This document shows positions 51,401 to 64,000 of a DNA stretch of 64,000 nt, one piece after another (position 1 is the first letter of the stretch; the number at the start of each line of letters is the position of its first letter). The notes beneath the pieces were generated by a model that worked only from the letters and a program-made list of their open reading frames with translations, did no database searches and had not been told where the DNA came from. The position numbers and the translations under genes are program-made. The DNA lies in contig JAHLWZ010000347.1 of the NCBI GenBank assembly GCA_020536535.1, positions 1 through 64,000 on the forward strand, read 5' to 3'. Origin of the DNA: Pelomyxa schiedti (Eukaryota; Protista; Evosea).

Positions 51401-54400
51401 TCTTGAAGAACAATTTGATGAAACGCAGGTACATATCCCTGAATGATACTGGCAACCTGTCCAGAGTTTTGGATGACACTCTTTGTCAAGTGTGTTGTGT
51501 GGAAAATAATATCTTTATTCTCACCAGGACATACAGCCAGAAGAAAACCCAAAAGCGGAAAATCGTGTTGTCCACTACATAGAAGAGCTTGCTGACCTTG
51601 TAATGTCGTTCAGAAAAGCCAAATTTGAGAAGGTTTTCCACAAGATTCGCATGCACAAAGGACTTTCTACAGCTGAATTCAGAGAAAGGATCAACGAGAT
51701 AAAGGAAACACTCACAAAATTCCCTAAAGACACCAAGGTTGTTTGCTTCATTGATAAGTGCACATCCACAACAAGCCTGCTTGGAATTGTGAAGGAAGTG
51801 CTGTGTGATTCAAGGTTGGATGGAGAGCCACTTCCCAAGAACCTCTTCTTTGTGGCAACACTCAGCAATAACCAGCCCAGTATTCCTCCACCCGCGGTCA
51901 ATAACACCAGGTGTCAGGTGGAACTGGTAGCTTCAGTTCAAAACCAGATTGACTTTGTTGGAATTGCCAGCAAGTTTGGGACCAAGTCCTTTGCAGTGAG
52001 ACCACCGCCCCTCTCCATGGAGAAGATGACTGTAAACTTCGGCAAGCTCACAAAACAGCAAGCAGAGAGTTTCACATGGGTCTTGATACTATCTCACTTG
52101 AAGGATAACCCTCATTTTGATAGAAACTGTGCAAAACAGTTGACGTCACTTGTCTTGTTTGGTCAAGACTTTATCAATAGTGCCAAAATCCACCGTGTTA
52201 CTGCCAGCATCCGAGACATTGCTCGAGCCGTGGATCTTTACCTTTATTTTCTCCAACATAAACAGTTCATGTTCAACTTGCCCCATCCTTCTGCTTCAAA
52301 CTACAGTACTCACGTTCATTGGCAAGCAATGGTTGTCCCCTCTAACTTTATTTTTTCTCCCTCTTTCTGTTGTTTGACACTCACAAAAGGCGATCTCGAT
52401 TGCAATGACATACTACTTTCGACTCCCATCAAAGGATTTCATGGAGCAGCAGAAAAGAGAGTCCTTTCGAGCATCCCGAACCATAACACCTTGTACAAGG
52501 GACGAGTTTCAGGATTCCCTTCTGAAGTTCATCATCAGCAACTTCAACAATGCCCCGGAATATCTCATCATGTGGGATGATTACTTCAACAAGGGTGTCC
52601 TGAACTCCTTGTGCAACAACACGCACCTCCCACCTGGAATTGCCAAGACTGTTGCTTTCATGGAGAACTTGTTCTGCACTGTTGTTTGCCTCGATGCCAA
52701 GATTCCACTACTGATTGTTGGTCCACCGTATGTTTCTTCACAGTTCCTCAACTTTCTGTCTAACTTTACCCAGTGGTTGCTCCAAGACACTCATTTTCAA
52801 GGTTGCTGTTGACAACATGAAGGGACAGACATCCCCAAAAGGGTTCTATCGGGCTTTGCACCATGTGCATGCATTCCAATACCAATGTAGTGAGCAGTCC
52901 ACGTTCATAGAAATCAAGTCTGTTTTCAAATATGCAATTCATAGGCAAAAAACTTTGCCTGTCGATTCCCAAGAACTGTGTGCCGTTCTTTTTGACGAAG
53001 TGAGATTGCCCAATGAAGAAAAATATCCATTGGAGGTGTGGAACTCTTTGTGGTTATCAACCAACTTTCAACAGATTTCAAACATCCACCTTGATCACAA
53101 AATTTCTTGTCTTCTTCTGTCAAGAAGCATTCTTGACGAGGCTATTACCAATCGAACATTGATGCTGTTGGAAAGTGAACCACCACTCACTGATTTGCAG
53201 ACTTTGGCTGAAGGTTTGGGAAATAGTTTCAACTCTTTGTAACCCAGAAATTGCCAGGGTGTATATTTGGGAGTGATACAAGTATTGCTTGGGGAACAAG
53301 AGAAGTCCTTGGAGCACTTTGCACAGCATATCAGGCAGAAGTGAGCAAGATTTATGGGTCACCTTACCCAGCAAGGTTCTTCCACCTCAGAGACTTCGTC
53401 TATTTCCTCCGTTTCCTTGGAAAACACTGTTCAGGAAACAGAGCAGGGGATGCTTTCCACATTTCCCACGATGTAGTTCTTTCTGGATTGCGTCGAAACT
53501 TCGGTGGATTGGTTCAGAGTGACTTTGACAAACTTGTTGCGAACTTTTTCGACAACATCAACTGGGCACTGAAAAAACATGCACAACCATTATGGACAGC
53601 CCCTGCAGCTGACCAACGAAGAACAGAGATTTCCTCCATCAAGGAGAGCCTGGCAGAGAGACTCACTGATGCCGATGACCCAAACACTGCCCCGTTCAGA
53701 TACATCATGCTGGTGTGTGGTCCTACTTGTTTAAAATTAGAGGCATCCCCTAATCATTTCAACAGCTCGATCCAACCGACAATGAAGTTGCAGTCTCTTT
53801 GCTCTTTGACTTGGGACTGTGTGACCACAACCAAACGAGCGTGTGCTGTATTGGGGATTTTCGTGATGACAGTGACCTTAGAGCGAAAGCAGCAGTGGTG
53901 AAAAAAGTCAAGGTGGCAATGGAAAAGGGGGAAACTATTGTCTTGGTGAACTCCGCCAGCATCCTCAGCTCGTTTTATGATATTTTCAACCGACATTATA
54001 CCATCATGCCAAAGAACAAGCAAGATATGGCAAAGTATCCAACCAATACCAGCACAAGGCTTTGTTACGCCAATGTTGCTGCTGGGTCGTTCTCACAGCC
54101 ATGTCTTGTTCATGACAACTTCCGTATCATTGTACACATTCCCAAGTCCTCCCTCCAAACAATCCCCACTGCCCTGCTCAGCCGGTTTGAGAAATACTGC
54201 CTTGGGATTGATGATGCACTCTTTGAGAGGCTTCAGATATTACCACGCACCAAACTCATCTCCCCTACAAGCCAGGTACCTTTGCAGCCATATGAAGTCT
54301 TGTGCAATGGGGTGCAGCACATGGTCCATGAGCTGCACACCCTTGCATCCAACAGTCGACTGTTTTATGGTGTGAGTCCAAAAGAAACGGTGAGTTCACT

Positions 54401-57400
54401 TGTTCTCACTGTGTTGGACCGAACCCTTGAAATGATCAAACTTCGGGCTCAAGAGGAAGACCCCTATACCCTCCCACCTCTTTTCCCTTCATTGCTTGGG
54501 TCTGAACCCAATAATCTTGAGCTTTTTGGTGCAAGAGATCATTGGGAGCAGAACATGCGGGAATACATGATCAAAGCCAACCTTCACATTCTTCAGCTTG
54601 CCAAACCAGAGTCGATTTACTTTTGCAAGCAGCTCCCAGAGAGGTACAAATACAGTTACCTGTTAGAGCAGGAGCATTTCTCGTTTTACCGTTTCCTTGG
54701 CTACCTCGTTCAAGTACATTTTTCCATTGCTCCTCATGCACCATCAAAATCCTTGGATGCCACCAGTAATCAAAGAGAGAGAACAGAACCAACAGCAACA
54801 ACAGTGGTTGTTTCTCAGAGAGGTGAGTATTCATCAAAGTGGTGTGTATTTACGCGAACCAGTGCAGAAATCATCACTCTTCCAACAGACAAAAACCTGC
54901 AAAGCAAGATGTTTGATGTGCTTGTTCAAACTGGTTCAGTTCCGCAAGGGCCAGAGCAGAACCCCGGGGATTGGATGGAAGTGTTGAGCCTTGGTGATAT
55001 GTCATCAAGTCAACAATGTTCTTCCCGTGTCCATGATTTTTGTTGTTCTCCCATGAAACTTCTCTTGTTGTGCGTTGTTGACCTGTCAGTTGCAACCCCA
55101 AATCAAATCAACTTTCTGAGGAATGAGATCAATGAGAGGTGGAAAGTATTGGAAGAACATCATCGTGAAGCACCAAACAAGGGGCAATATCTCCAGCGAA
55201 TTGCTGTTCTCCTGTTGCACTTCTCAGCAGAGATTGGAATGAGAGCTGAGAGTGCTTACCATGCAATTTTCCTCAACGGTTGGGACTTCCTTTTTGTGGA
55301 TGCTTTGGGTGTTGTGGCTGGTTCGTCTGGAGCAAATCCTCACTCTGAGGTTGACCCACGTCCGTGGCTTGCAAGAGCGTTTGGGTTGAATCTGAGGGAC
55401 AGTGAGTCTGACCACATGAAGCGGGACTCGTCAACCCAAGAAATGGACACATTCAGAGGTTTATTCTTCGAAGTCCTTCGGCAGTTTTGCAAATTCATGA
55501 CTGGAAGTGGGATCAACACAACAACCTCCACACTTGACAATCAGCGAGCAAAGGACTTTTATGGGAAACCAAACAATGGGGACGCATGTGGTTCCCCACA
55601 AAGTCTCAACATCTGCATTGCAGAAAAAAGTGAGGAAAGGTTCCAGATCCTGAAACAACTTTTTGAAGAGAACCCAGTTCTTTACGAGGGGATTCTCGAA
55701 CAGTTCAGCCGATCTTGGACTTCTGGATTCCCCAATAAACTCGTGTGTGAAGCAAGCACAGAGTTGTTCCGTGGGTCTTGTGTGGTGAGCTTTGTGACTG
55801 CAACCTCTTTGTCTCGTCGGAACTGCATGGCTCCACTGGTGAGCACGATGCTCCAGATGATGCTTTCCTCATTCGGACTCAATTCTGTGTTCAACATGTT
55901 GGAAAATCGCCAGAAAGGGAAATTGTTGGAGTTGGTCCACCGTGTTTACCGCACCATTCCAATCCCACAACTTGGCAAATCAGTGCTCACCAATTCCAAG
56001 CAGCTGAATTGCACTGTGTTGAGGGCACATCCATTTCCACCTGAACTCCCTTTTTATGATTCAATTGCGCACCTTGTCAACACGCAGGTCATTCACGCGG
56101 CCATAGAGATGCGCCACCACAAGCCCTCCCCCCAAGCTCTGCATTGGAAAGTGCTCGAGTCAATCAGGTCAAATAAGCTCCTCGACGAACTTCTCGAGAA
56201 CATCACAGAGAACCAACCTTTGTTCAACATGTTCAGACGGGACTTTGTGACCAGGTCACTGAAGCTCTCCACCCTCCATATCTCAGAGTTCAAGAACCTT
56301 TTGGGTTCCAATGCCCAGGCTGTTGATTTAGAGGGCAGGCTGGGCCGGTTCATGGAAATGATTCTCAGTTATATCCGGGAATTCAAGATAGCACTTGTGG
56401 AAGACATCCCTGAATTGTTTGTGATCAAGAGGTTCTATGAACCAGAAATAAATTATTTCATGGCACTTGTCACTCCTTTGCATCTTCTTGATCCCGCCCT
56501 CACACCAGAGCAGTTTGACAGGTGCAGAAGGCCTCCAAGATTTGAGAAAAACCAACTTCAGGAGATGGTGAAGTGGGTTACAACGCTCACAGCAGACCTG
56601 CTGTGGGAGAGGTTGACACAGGAAATCCTCACAGGAGGGCCAAAGCTTGATTCCCATGCCACTGTGAATTGGGGCCAAGTTTACCGCCACTTCTTCAGCA
56701 CTTTGAAGTCGAGGTCCGAATTGGCCACCCTTCTCTCGAACAGTCCCGAAACAATTCAGAAGCTTGATGCGATGCACGTTGTGTTTGTGTTCCTCTCCAA
56801 TTGCCGGGCAGAGGGTTTCAAGCCTACTTTCCCTTTCCTCACCCGGGCCCGTTCCTTGTCTCAGGTATTGGGGCAGTTTGTGTCAACCCTGTACACCCCA
56901 GGCACGCGGTTGAAATCTGGACTGCTCCTTGCCCTCAACCTTCTTCCTCCTGATCCCTCCAAGTCCTCTGACGAAGACATCCAGTCCATTGGTGGTGTTG
57001 TTGAATACCTGCTTCAGGAATCAGACAAGTCGATGCTTTCTGATGACTCCAAGTCAAATTTCTCTTGTTTCCTCCAAGTTCGTTTCCACCTACATTTCAA
57101 TCTTCGATCTTATTCTCGTTTGTCTGTATTCTCAGATTTGCAATGACTCACTTGATGACTTTGTCAACAATCCTGTTTTGAGGGGCTATTGCAAAAAACT
57201 CACTGGGAACATTGGCTGGGTTGCCAACTTTATTTTTTCCTGGCTTGAACCAAAACCGAGTTTTCGGGTTTCTGAAATGCTTCAGCTCACATCTGATGTA
57301 TGGACTTTTCAAATAACATCTTCCCTCTTTTTTTATGCGCACCACTTGTCCGTTGCTTTCACCAACATTCTGAACAGTTGATAGCCGACACGAAACCTTC

Positions 57401-60400
57401 CTTTTCTGCAGAAACTTACCACTACTCACCAGACCTTCTTTCTCCCACCCAAATTCCAACAACACACTTGCCTCTCGAGTTTCTTTTATATCACATTCTG
57501 TTGAAATTCATGCGACCATCAAGGGATGATCAATCTTCTCAAGTATTGGCAATCAAAACACTGGAGGATGCCTATATAATGCTTACAACAGCCTCAAGAG
57601 GTACAACAATTAACGAGCTCCTACAATTGTGTTTCACTCACTCTCATTTATCAGAAGGAGAACATGTTTTACATCAAGTGAAGAAAGCAGTCAGCAGGAC
57701 CATTCTTCTTGCACTCCTTGCTTCCACTCTGAGTGGAACGACTGGGCTTTCTGCCCAACTACGCAAAACAATGCCAGAAATTATCCAAGTTGTTTCACAG
57801 GTATTTCTTTTATTTCTTTTGTTTATTTGTAAGCTAAGTTTCTTCCATATTCAGCTTCTCTCACCTGGCTCGACACTTGTTGTAAATGCCAGAGACTTCT
57901 TCCTTGGCCAAATCACCTCAGAAGAAACTCTCACAGCACTTCTCCAAGACCATGACGCTTTGCGCCTCTTGGGTCTTGAAGACATGCAAACTTCTTCGAA
58001 TTCCTTCATTCCCTCTATGTTTAATGGAATCCTGTTCAGGAACAGCAAACCTGGAGCTCAAAACGCCACAACAAGGCGGACTGAATCTGCAGCGCTTCTT
58101 CCTTCATGCATCCTCGATGGTGGTGAAATCTACCACCTCATCCAGAGCCACAGCAAAAAACAATCACCCACAGGACTTCTTGCAACGTTCTTGCAAAAGG
58201 CCCCTGTTTTGAGGGTCTTCTCACACCTGCCCACTTTGGTTCATTTTTACCAGTTGTTGAATTCTGTGGTTGCACCACTGATCAATGGTATCTTTTATCT
58301 CTGATTCCTTCTTCACGATATCCCACTCATTTTCTCGACAGAAGATAGAACCAGAATTGTTGGATCTTTTTCTGACTGTGTTGAATGGGTTGGTTGCAAC
58401 TCCCCAGCAAACAAGGAGTCCATTTCTTCAGCCTACTTGAAATTTCTGGACGCTTGGAAGGCCATAAAGACAGGATTCAATGACGCAAAACTCAAGTGTG
58501 CCTCGGTGTTCATTCTTCCTCCACTCATCGCACCTCCCCCTTTTTTATCCCAGTTTCAAAATACCGGAGATTGGACCCAACACTCCATTTTTTGAGTTGG
58601 TGAGTTGGAATGATGAGAGAAAAGGGGACCTTCTTTTCACTGTCATCAGAGAAATGACTGAAATTCAGAACTCATTGATTCGACTCAGGAATGATTCTGA
58701 CACAGGTGATGAATGCCTTGTTGTTCGTTATCGTCTAAGAATGCCCTCAGATGAAATCAACCCTTTTGGATTCTTTTTTGAACACTCATTTCAATCAAGC
58801 TCGTGCAGTGTTGATGCCATTCTGAACTCAACTTGTCTTCGTTCGTTTTCTTTTTCCCCTTTCAAGAATTACTTACCAACATTTGACAATGAGACTGACA
58901 CCTTGACACCACAGAAATTTTAGTCACAGGAGGTGCTGTGGAGGACATTGAAAGAAATCTTGTGACCCAGTGCCAGATCCCAGCCAATGGGAAAAGGTGT
59001 GACTTGCATTTTGATGCCAACAGACTTCAGAGACATGTGTGGGAGTTTCCCTTCTTCAGTCTGTGATTGACGAAACAGGTGATTGAACGCTATTTGGCAG
59101 GCAAAGCCATGTTGACTGATGTTGAGAGCATGAGAACAGTGTTTCCTCTTGACATCACAGCTGACCAAGTTTCCACCCATGCCAACAAAACTTGTTGTGA
59201 TCACTTTGCTTTTTTTAGCAACCCGAACCCGACCGGAGTGAAGGCCAGGATCAACTCGATTTTTCTCTTCAACGGCAGTTAAATAGGTTGCCAACTGTGT
59301 CCTCCCAACCCAGTGGCTGTCTTACTCCTTTGTATTTTTTTTGTGTTGGTTTTGTTGTGAGCATTTGATTTTTCTCACGTTGTGGCACCAGATTGCACCC
59401 AGACTACAAGTGTCCATTTCAGAGTCATTGCTATGCTCAGTTTGAAAGAGCCCTCAAAGGTTGTTTCACATCACACTTTCCTTTGTCAACTTAATCTTTC
59501 AACCCAGGAGAGACTGAAGAACACATCAGAGAATTGATGCAGCTCCTGACACAGCTTCTTGAAAATCTCCAGCGTGCTTTACGTCAACAACCCTCTGAAA
59601 ATCAGCCGGACTCCTTTCTTGGAGCAGTGTGGAGTAACTTGTTACCTTCCAAGGTGATGCCAAACACCCTTGCACCCCTGAGGAACCAGCGTTTTTCGTG
59701 CATTGGCGTTGTTGTAATCAACGTTTTGACCAAATACCGAGCGAAGCAGTGGTTGTTTGCTGGAATGTCAGACAAGTATGACATGGCTCCCCCTGAGTCT
59801 ATTAAGTGCAATTTCTCAAGGAAAGTGGAAGAGGTGTGGGTCCACCCTTAAAAAAACGCAATCACTGACCGATTCTCCTCACAATGTCTCCCTCAAAAAA
59901 AAGATCCTGAAAGGAACAATTGAGGTAAAAAAGCACATGCATGCAGTGGCAAATGCTATTGTTGGGTTTTTGAAGCAAGATAAACTGGGTTCAAACCAGG
60001 AAATTGCACTGAAGACCCTTTTTGGTGATTACTCGGCAGTGGTATGCCTCCCCAGATTTTGTTGGGCTCAAGCATGGACAGTTTCCCAACATCCCACAGG
60101 TGACAGAAATTATTACACGAGAGGACATAGAATTCTTGATTGGAAACTTGCGAGTCGGAAATTATTGCTACTTAATGCGGCAACTTCATACTCTATGTGG
60201 CAGTCTGCTTGTTGCCATTGCCAATGTCAGTTGTTCATTATCTCTTTTTTTAAGATTTATTTGCCTCAAATGTCTTCAATAGTACGCTTCAACAGTCCCA
60301 GCCAATGAAGTATCATTCAACATACTTTTCTGTTCACTCATTAAAATAGTATCACGAACCTGTTGAGAACTTGCAGGTGTCTACGCTTCCACCACCAAAA

Positions 60401-63318
60401 CCAGTTGAAGAAGAAAAGAAAAATCTTCCTTTCAAGATTGCTTGGCACAGTATCGAGCTCCCTGGTAATTCTTTTTTGCTGCCTATGAAAGATTAAAACC
60501 CCATACAGAACCAGACTTGCAAACCCTTCCAGATGGTACTCCGATTTTTAGAGGCCCCCCTAGGCCCAATCCACCCCCGTTAGACAAATCCGATGTTCTA
60601 TCAAATTTTCCAATACCACCAAGCCCTCTTGCCAGACGTGCCCAATCGATGCTGCAAGAAGTGGAAAACATTGTGGCACACTTTAAAGAAGAAGAAGATA
60701 ATTACCTCATGTACTTAGGAAATATGAGGGACAACTTCCAAGCAATGTCTCAGATGGTGACAACGCTCCAACAAAGAATTACAAGCCTAGAGAGATTACC
60801 AGAGTACCCCAACTCGCTTGTACAAAAGGCGAAGGAACTGCAAGACCACCTGAAAATAGCAGACACCCAAATACAGATGACAGACGAGACAACAATGAAA
60901 CAGCACAAACATCGGTTGGATCAAATTCGTGATGAAGCTTCCCATAAGTGCTCAGAGATGACTAACTCCGTGCTGGCTGCCTCTGGTGACCACACAATAC
61001 TTATACCGCTTGAGAAGCAAGTACAAGAGTACCTAGTGATAGCAAGGAATATCCTGGAGACAGCCCAGTGTCTTGCATCAAACCAGCAGAGTGTAGCAAT
61101 TGAGATGGATACACAGAAAAATACAGTGGAAGGAATCGTTGACGAATTTGAGCAACTATTGCCACAGCTGGAAGAGGGGGCCAATCCAGCCCTGAGATTC
61201 CCCCGCTGGGCTCACCCGAAACCGTGCCCACCCCAATCCACAACCTGCGGTAGGCCAAATAGCTTTCCTCAAATTAGTTCCCGCATTGTACTTCAGAACT
61301 TGGAGGAGGAAAAGCAAAAGGCTCTGAAGCAGCAAGAAATTGAACTTAAGGAACAAAATTTGAAGGCACTCGACAAGCAAGCAAACGCACTTAAAGTTGT
61401 GAAAGAAAAAGCACTTGAAGAACAGGCAGTCATACTCCATGCAGAAAAGCAAAGAGCCCTTGAAAAGCAGGAAGCCGAAATGAATCTAAAAAGGACAAAA
61501 ATACACAATGAGAAAAAGCTCGTACAACAAGCATATACTCTGGAAGCGGCCAACAACCTGGAAACGGTACTCTGTGGATTTCAGAAAGGGGTGATGGCTC
61601 TAGGAGAATTGAACGAACTTAATCTAACAAATGCCGTTTGCATTGCCAATGGGTCGTTTGGGTCTGTGTGTCAAGTCCCTGTGCTCCCACAGCAATGGGG
61701 CATGACGGTGCCACCCTCAGAAGTTGCATTGAAGATGATGTTCAATTACACTGCTGGAATGAGGACCCTTCAGCAGCGCACCGAGTTTGAAAGGGAATAT
61801 GAGGTCTTGGTTATGTATCCACACTGGTGCTTCACAAACGTCTTCAATCACTTCCGTGGTGAGACTTCCTTATCCCTGGTCAAGGAGAACCTGAGAGACA
61901 AGTTCGCAATAATGGATGCAAACTCCCACCAGGTGTCAGGGTGCAATGACACCAGGACCGCCATTCCGGTGTTTCAGCGAACCACGTTCATGACCATGGA
62001 GCTTGCAAAATGCACTCTGGAATCCCTCATTAATAGCCTCAAAAGTCCACAACAGTACCAACAATCTGGTCCACCAAAACATGGAACGAAGGGTACCAGG
62101 GAACTCCCCAGTCCTTCCCTTCCCCAATCATCTATCCCGCATCAACAACAACCACTTTGTACAACGAGGGATGTGCTTCAGCTTGCTTTTTGCGTGCTGT
62201 GTGCAGTTGACCACCTCAACTCGCGCGGGTGGTTCCACTGTGACATCAAGTCTGACAACATCCTGCTGATGGAGAGGCCACATATCAAAGGAAATATCTG
62301 GGCTCTCTGTGACCTCGGGGCCGCTGTGTTTTGCCGAGACGGGAACCCTCTGGTTTTCCCCAAGGGTGAGACGTTCACTGGGAATGGAGCAAACAGGTCA
62401 CCTGAAGTGACCCAGCCCCACATGATCGGCAAGTTTCCTCTGCTCAAAAACGATGTGTGGGCCGTCGGATGTGTTCTCTACGAGGCCATTTCCAGGAGCC
62501 ACCCCTTCCTTCAGCAAAACGAGCTCAACAAGCACAAGATATGTGACACCAACCTCCCTCCCCTCGTCCCTGATTGTTCTTCTCTCGCACCCGACGATAC
62601 CAACCCAAACCCGCGCTTCCCCAACAACGTGACAGTGGCCGGGCTTGCTGGATGGCTCCTGGAGCGCGAAGCCACCCGCCGGCCCACGGCCCGCGAGGCC
62701 CTCCTCGCCTGCGGTGCACTCGTGTCGCTCCCCCCGTCCCTCATCGCCCAATTCCTCACTGAGATCCAGCACAACGCCAGCAATCAACCGCAGCAAGATT
62801 CCACCCCGACGACACATCGCAATGCAGCAACAATCCTACCCACTGCATCAGTGTCACCACCACCACGCCAATCCCAATTTCCGGCACCACCACCATCAAA
62901 CCTGGTCCCACCACCATTGGCGCCGAGCCCACAGCAGCACCAGCACACACCACCACCACAACAACAACCACAACCACAACAAACAACAGCAGCAGTACCT
63001 GAGGAGCTCATCAGGTGCATGAGCAAGGCAGTTCACAAGGCACACAAGCACACCGTGACTGAAATCTTCCAACGCAACGGGCTGCGCTTTGGTGTTGATG
63101 TTGTTCCCATACAATCATCAGCATCAGCAGCAACAGCATCTTCTGGGAGCCCCAACACCATGCAAGCAACCGTGAGTGAAGTGATGAGGCTTGTTTATTG
63201 CAACATGGCACTGCGTGACGTGCCTGATGCCGCTCGTTCTCTGTTCTCTTTCCTCAGTGCTGTCTCATCTCCCCGTTACAACCTCAATCTCCTGGACTCT
63301 TGTTTGTGTGATGTGTAA
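48411..63318 (+). CDS. RNF213-like AAA+ / PINK1-like kinase fusion, copy 3 (apparently complete, most divergent in the N-terminal AAA part and kinase linker)
   Basis: Start MTSVPPHFIRP^HVDSIWENG. Walker A motifs GGPGTGKST, GGTGTGKT, GPP^GCSKT; AVLFDEV. Phase-1 intron 60465-60508 leads into the kinase exon (VALKMMFNY, HCDIKSDN, DLG, SPE), stop TAA 63318. Confidence 0.85.
61302..61487 (+). repeat. Four 45-nt (15-aa) coding repeats in the coiled coil, copy 3
   Basis: EEKQKALKQQEIELK / EQNLKALDKQANALK / VVKEKALEEQAVILH / AEKQRALEKQEAEMN. Confidence 0.7.
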
Positions 63319-64000
63319 GAGTGCATAACTGGCGTATTGAAAATTTTCCATCACAATAGCAGCCATCAACACACCGTACCATTTTTTTGGCAGCCGACCA
63401 AGTTAGACTCTCAAACAGCTGTAATCAGACATCGGTGATGTCCAACAGCGACAGTTGGCAGGGAAACTATTTTTTTTTATCGAACAGCTGGTGACATGTG
63501 ACGCCAGTTACCGGATAACTGCCTTTAAGAACCAGCACAACTGGAGATCTCTCTCATTGAAGCAGTGTAAATGGAAACGGGAAGCTCCCAGGTCTGCCGT
63601 CGTTTGGTTTTTTTTATCCAAGTGACAGTCAACAGCTCAAGCCTGCCACTCATACTGTACCTTTGGTCTGCAACTCCGCAGCACACCACGAAACCGCCCC
63701 TCCTCCGACTCCGGTGCAACATGTACAAGACGTTGGCACTGCTACTACTACAAGTGATACTGTGAGATGTCCTGACCTCCAAAATATAGCAGAACTGAAC
63801 GCATTGCTTGAGTGCTACAAACTAGAGGTACTCTACTTTATCACCATATGCTCCAATGGTAACCACAAGCAGAGGCAACACCATGTCAACTCCCGATGTC
63901 TTTACGGCCAAATAGCGGTAACCGATTGGATAAGAGCACGGAATGTCAATTGGCTGGTTTGGAAGCCCTTCAAGTGTCATTATGCAGTGTACTTATGATC

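Noticed and set aside
32958-63318. Transposon or viral origin of the 15-kb repeats
   Set aside because: No transposase, integrase, reverse transcriptase, capsid or terminal repeats seen; similarity is confined to the gene bodies.
63525-64000. Short ORFs at the window end
   Set aside because: No recognisable motif or clear start; possibly part of a gene extending beyond the window.

Overview
Eukaryotic, gene-dense genomic DNA with many short (mostly 40-100 nt) GT-AG introns and one 100-N scaffold gap (13462-13561). Gene style suggests an amoebozoan, possibly an archamoeba such as Pelomyxa; this is inference only. About 70% of the window is three paralogous ~15-kb + strand genes: copy 1 <1-13461 (cut by the gap), copy 2 ~32958-47995 and copy 3 ~48411-63318. 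Manual splicing joins each cluster of ORF-track fragments into one giant protein of roughly 4,300-4,500 aa. It consists of an RNF213/mysterin-like dynein-type AAA+ core and RNF213-like C-terminal region, with a short N-terminus and no visible RING or RZ finger. A conserved phase-1 intron fuses this in frame to a helical/coiled-coil linker and a non-RD protein kinase whose motifs follow PINK1. The copies are patchwork mosaics of one another and differ in ATPase catalytic residues, coiled-coil repeat number and intron/exon status of short segments. Between copies 1 and 2 lie a Ser-rich tandem repeat, a signal-peptide ankyrin protein, a degenerate EF1A/HBS1-like GTPase, an amino acid transporter, a decayed ankyrin-like gene, a PP2C-like phosphatase, an NHE/NHX antiporter, an ankyrin-like repeat protein and a BRE1-like RING E3. 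Reference motifs for RNF213, PINK1 and BRE1 are recalled from memory and need confirmation by alignment.
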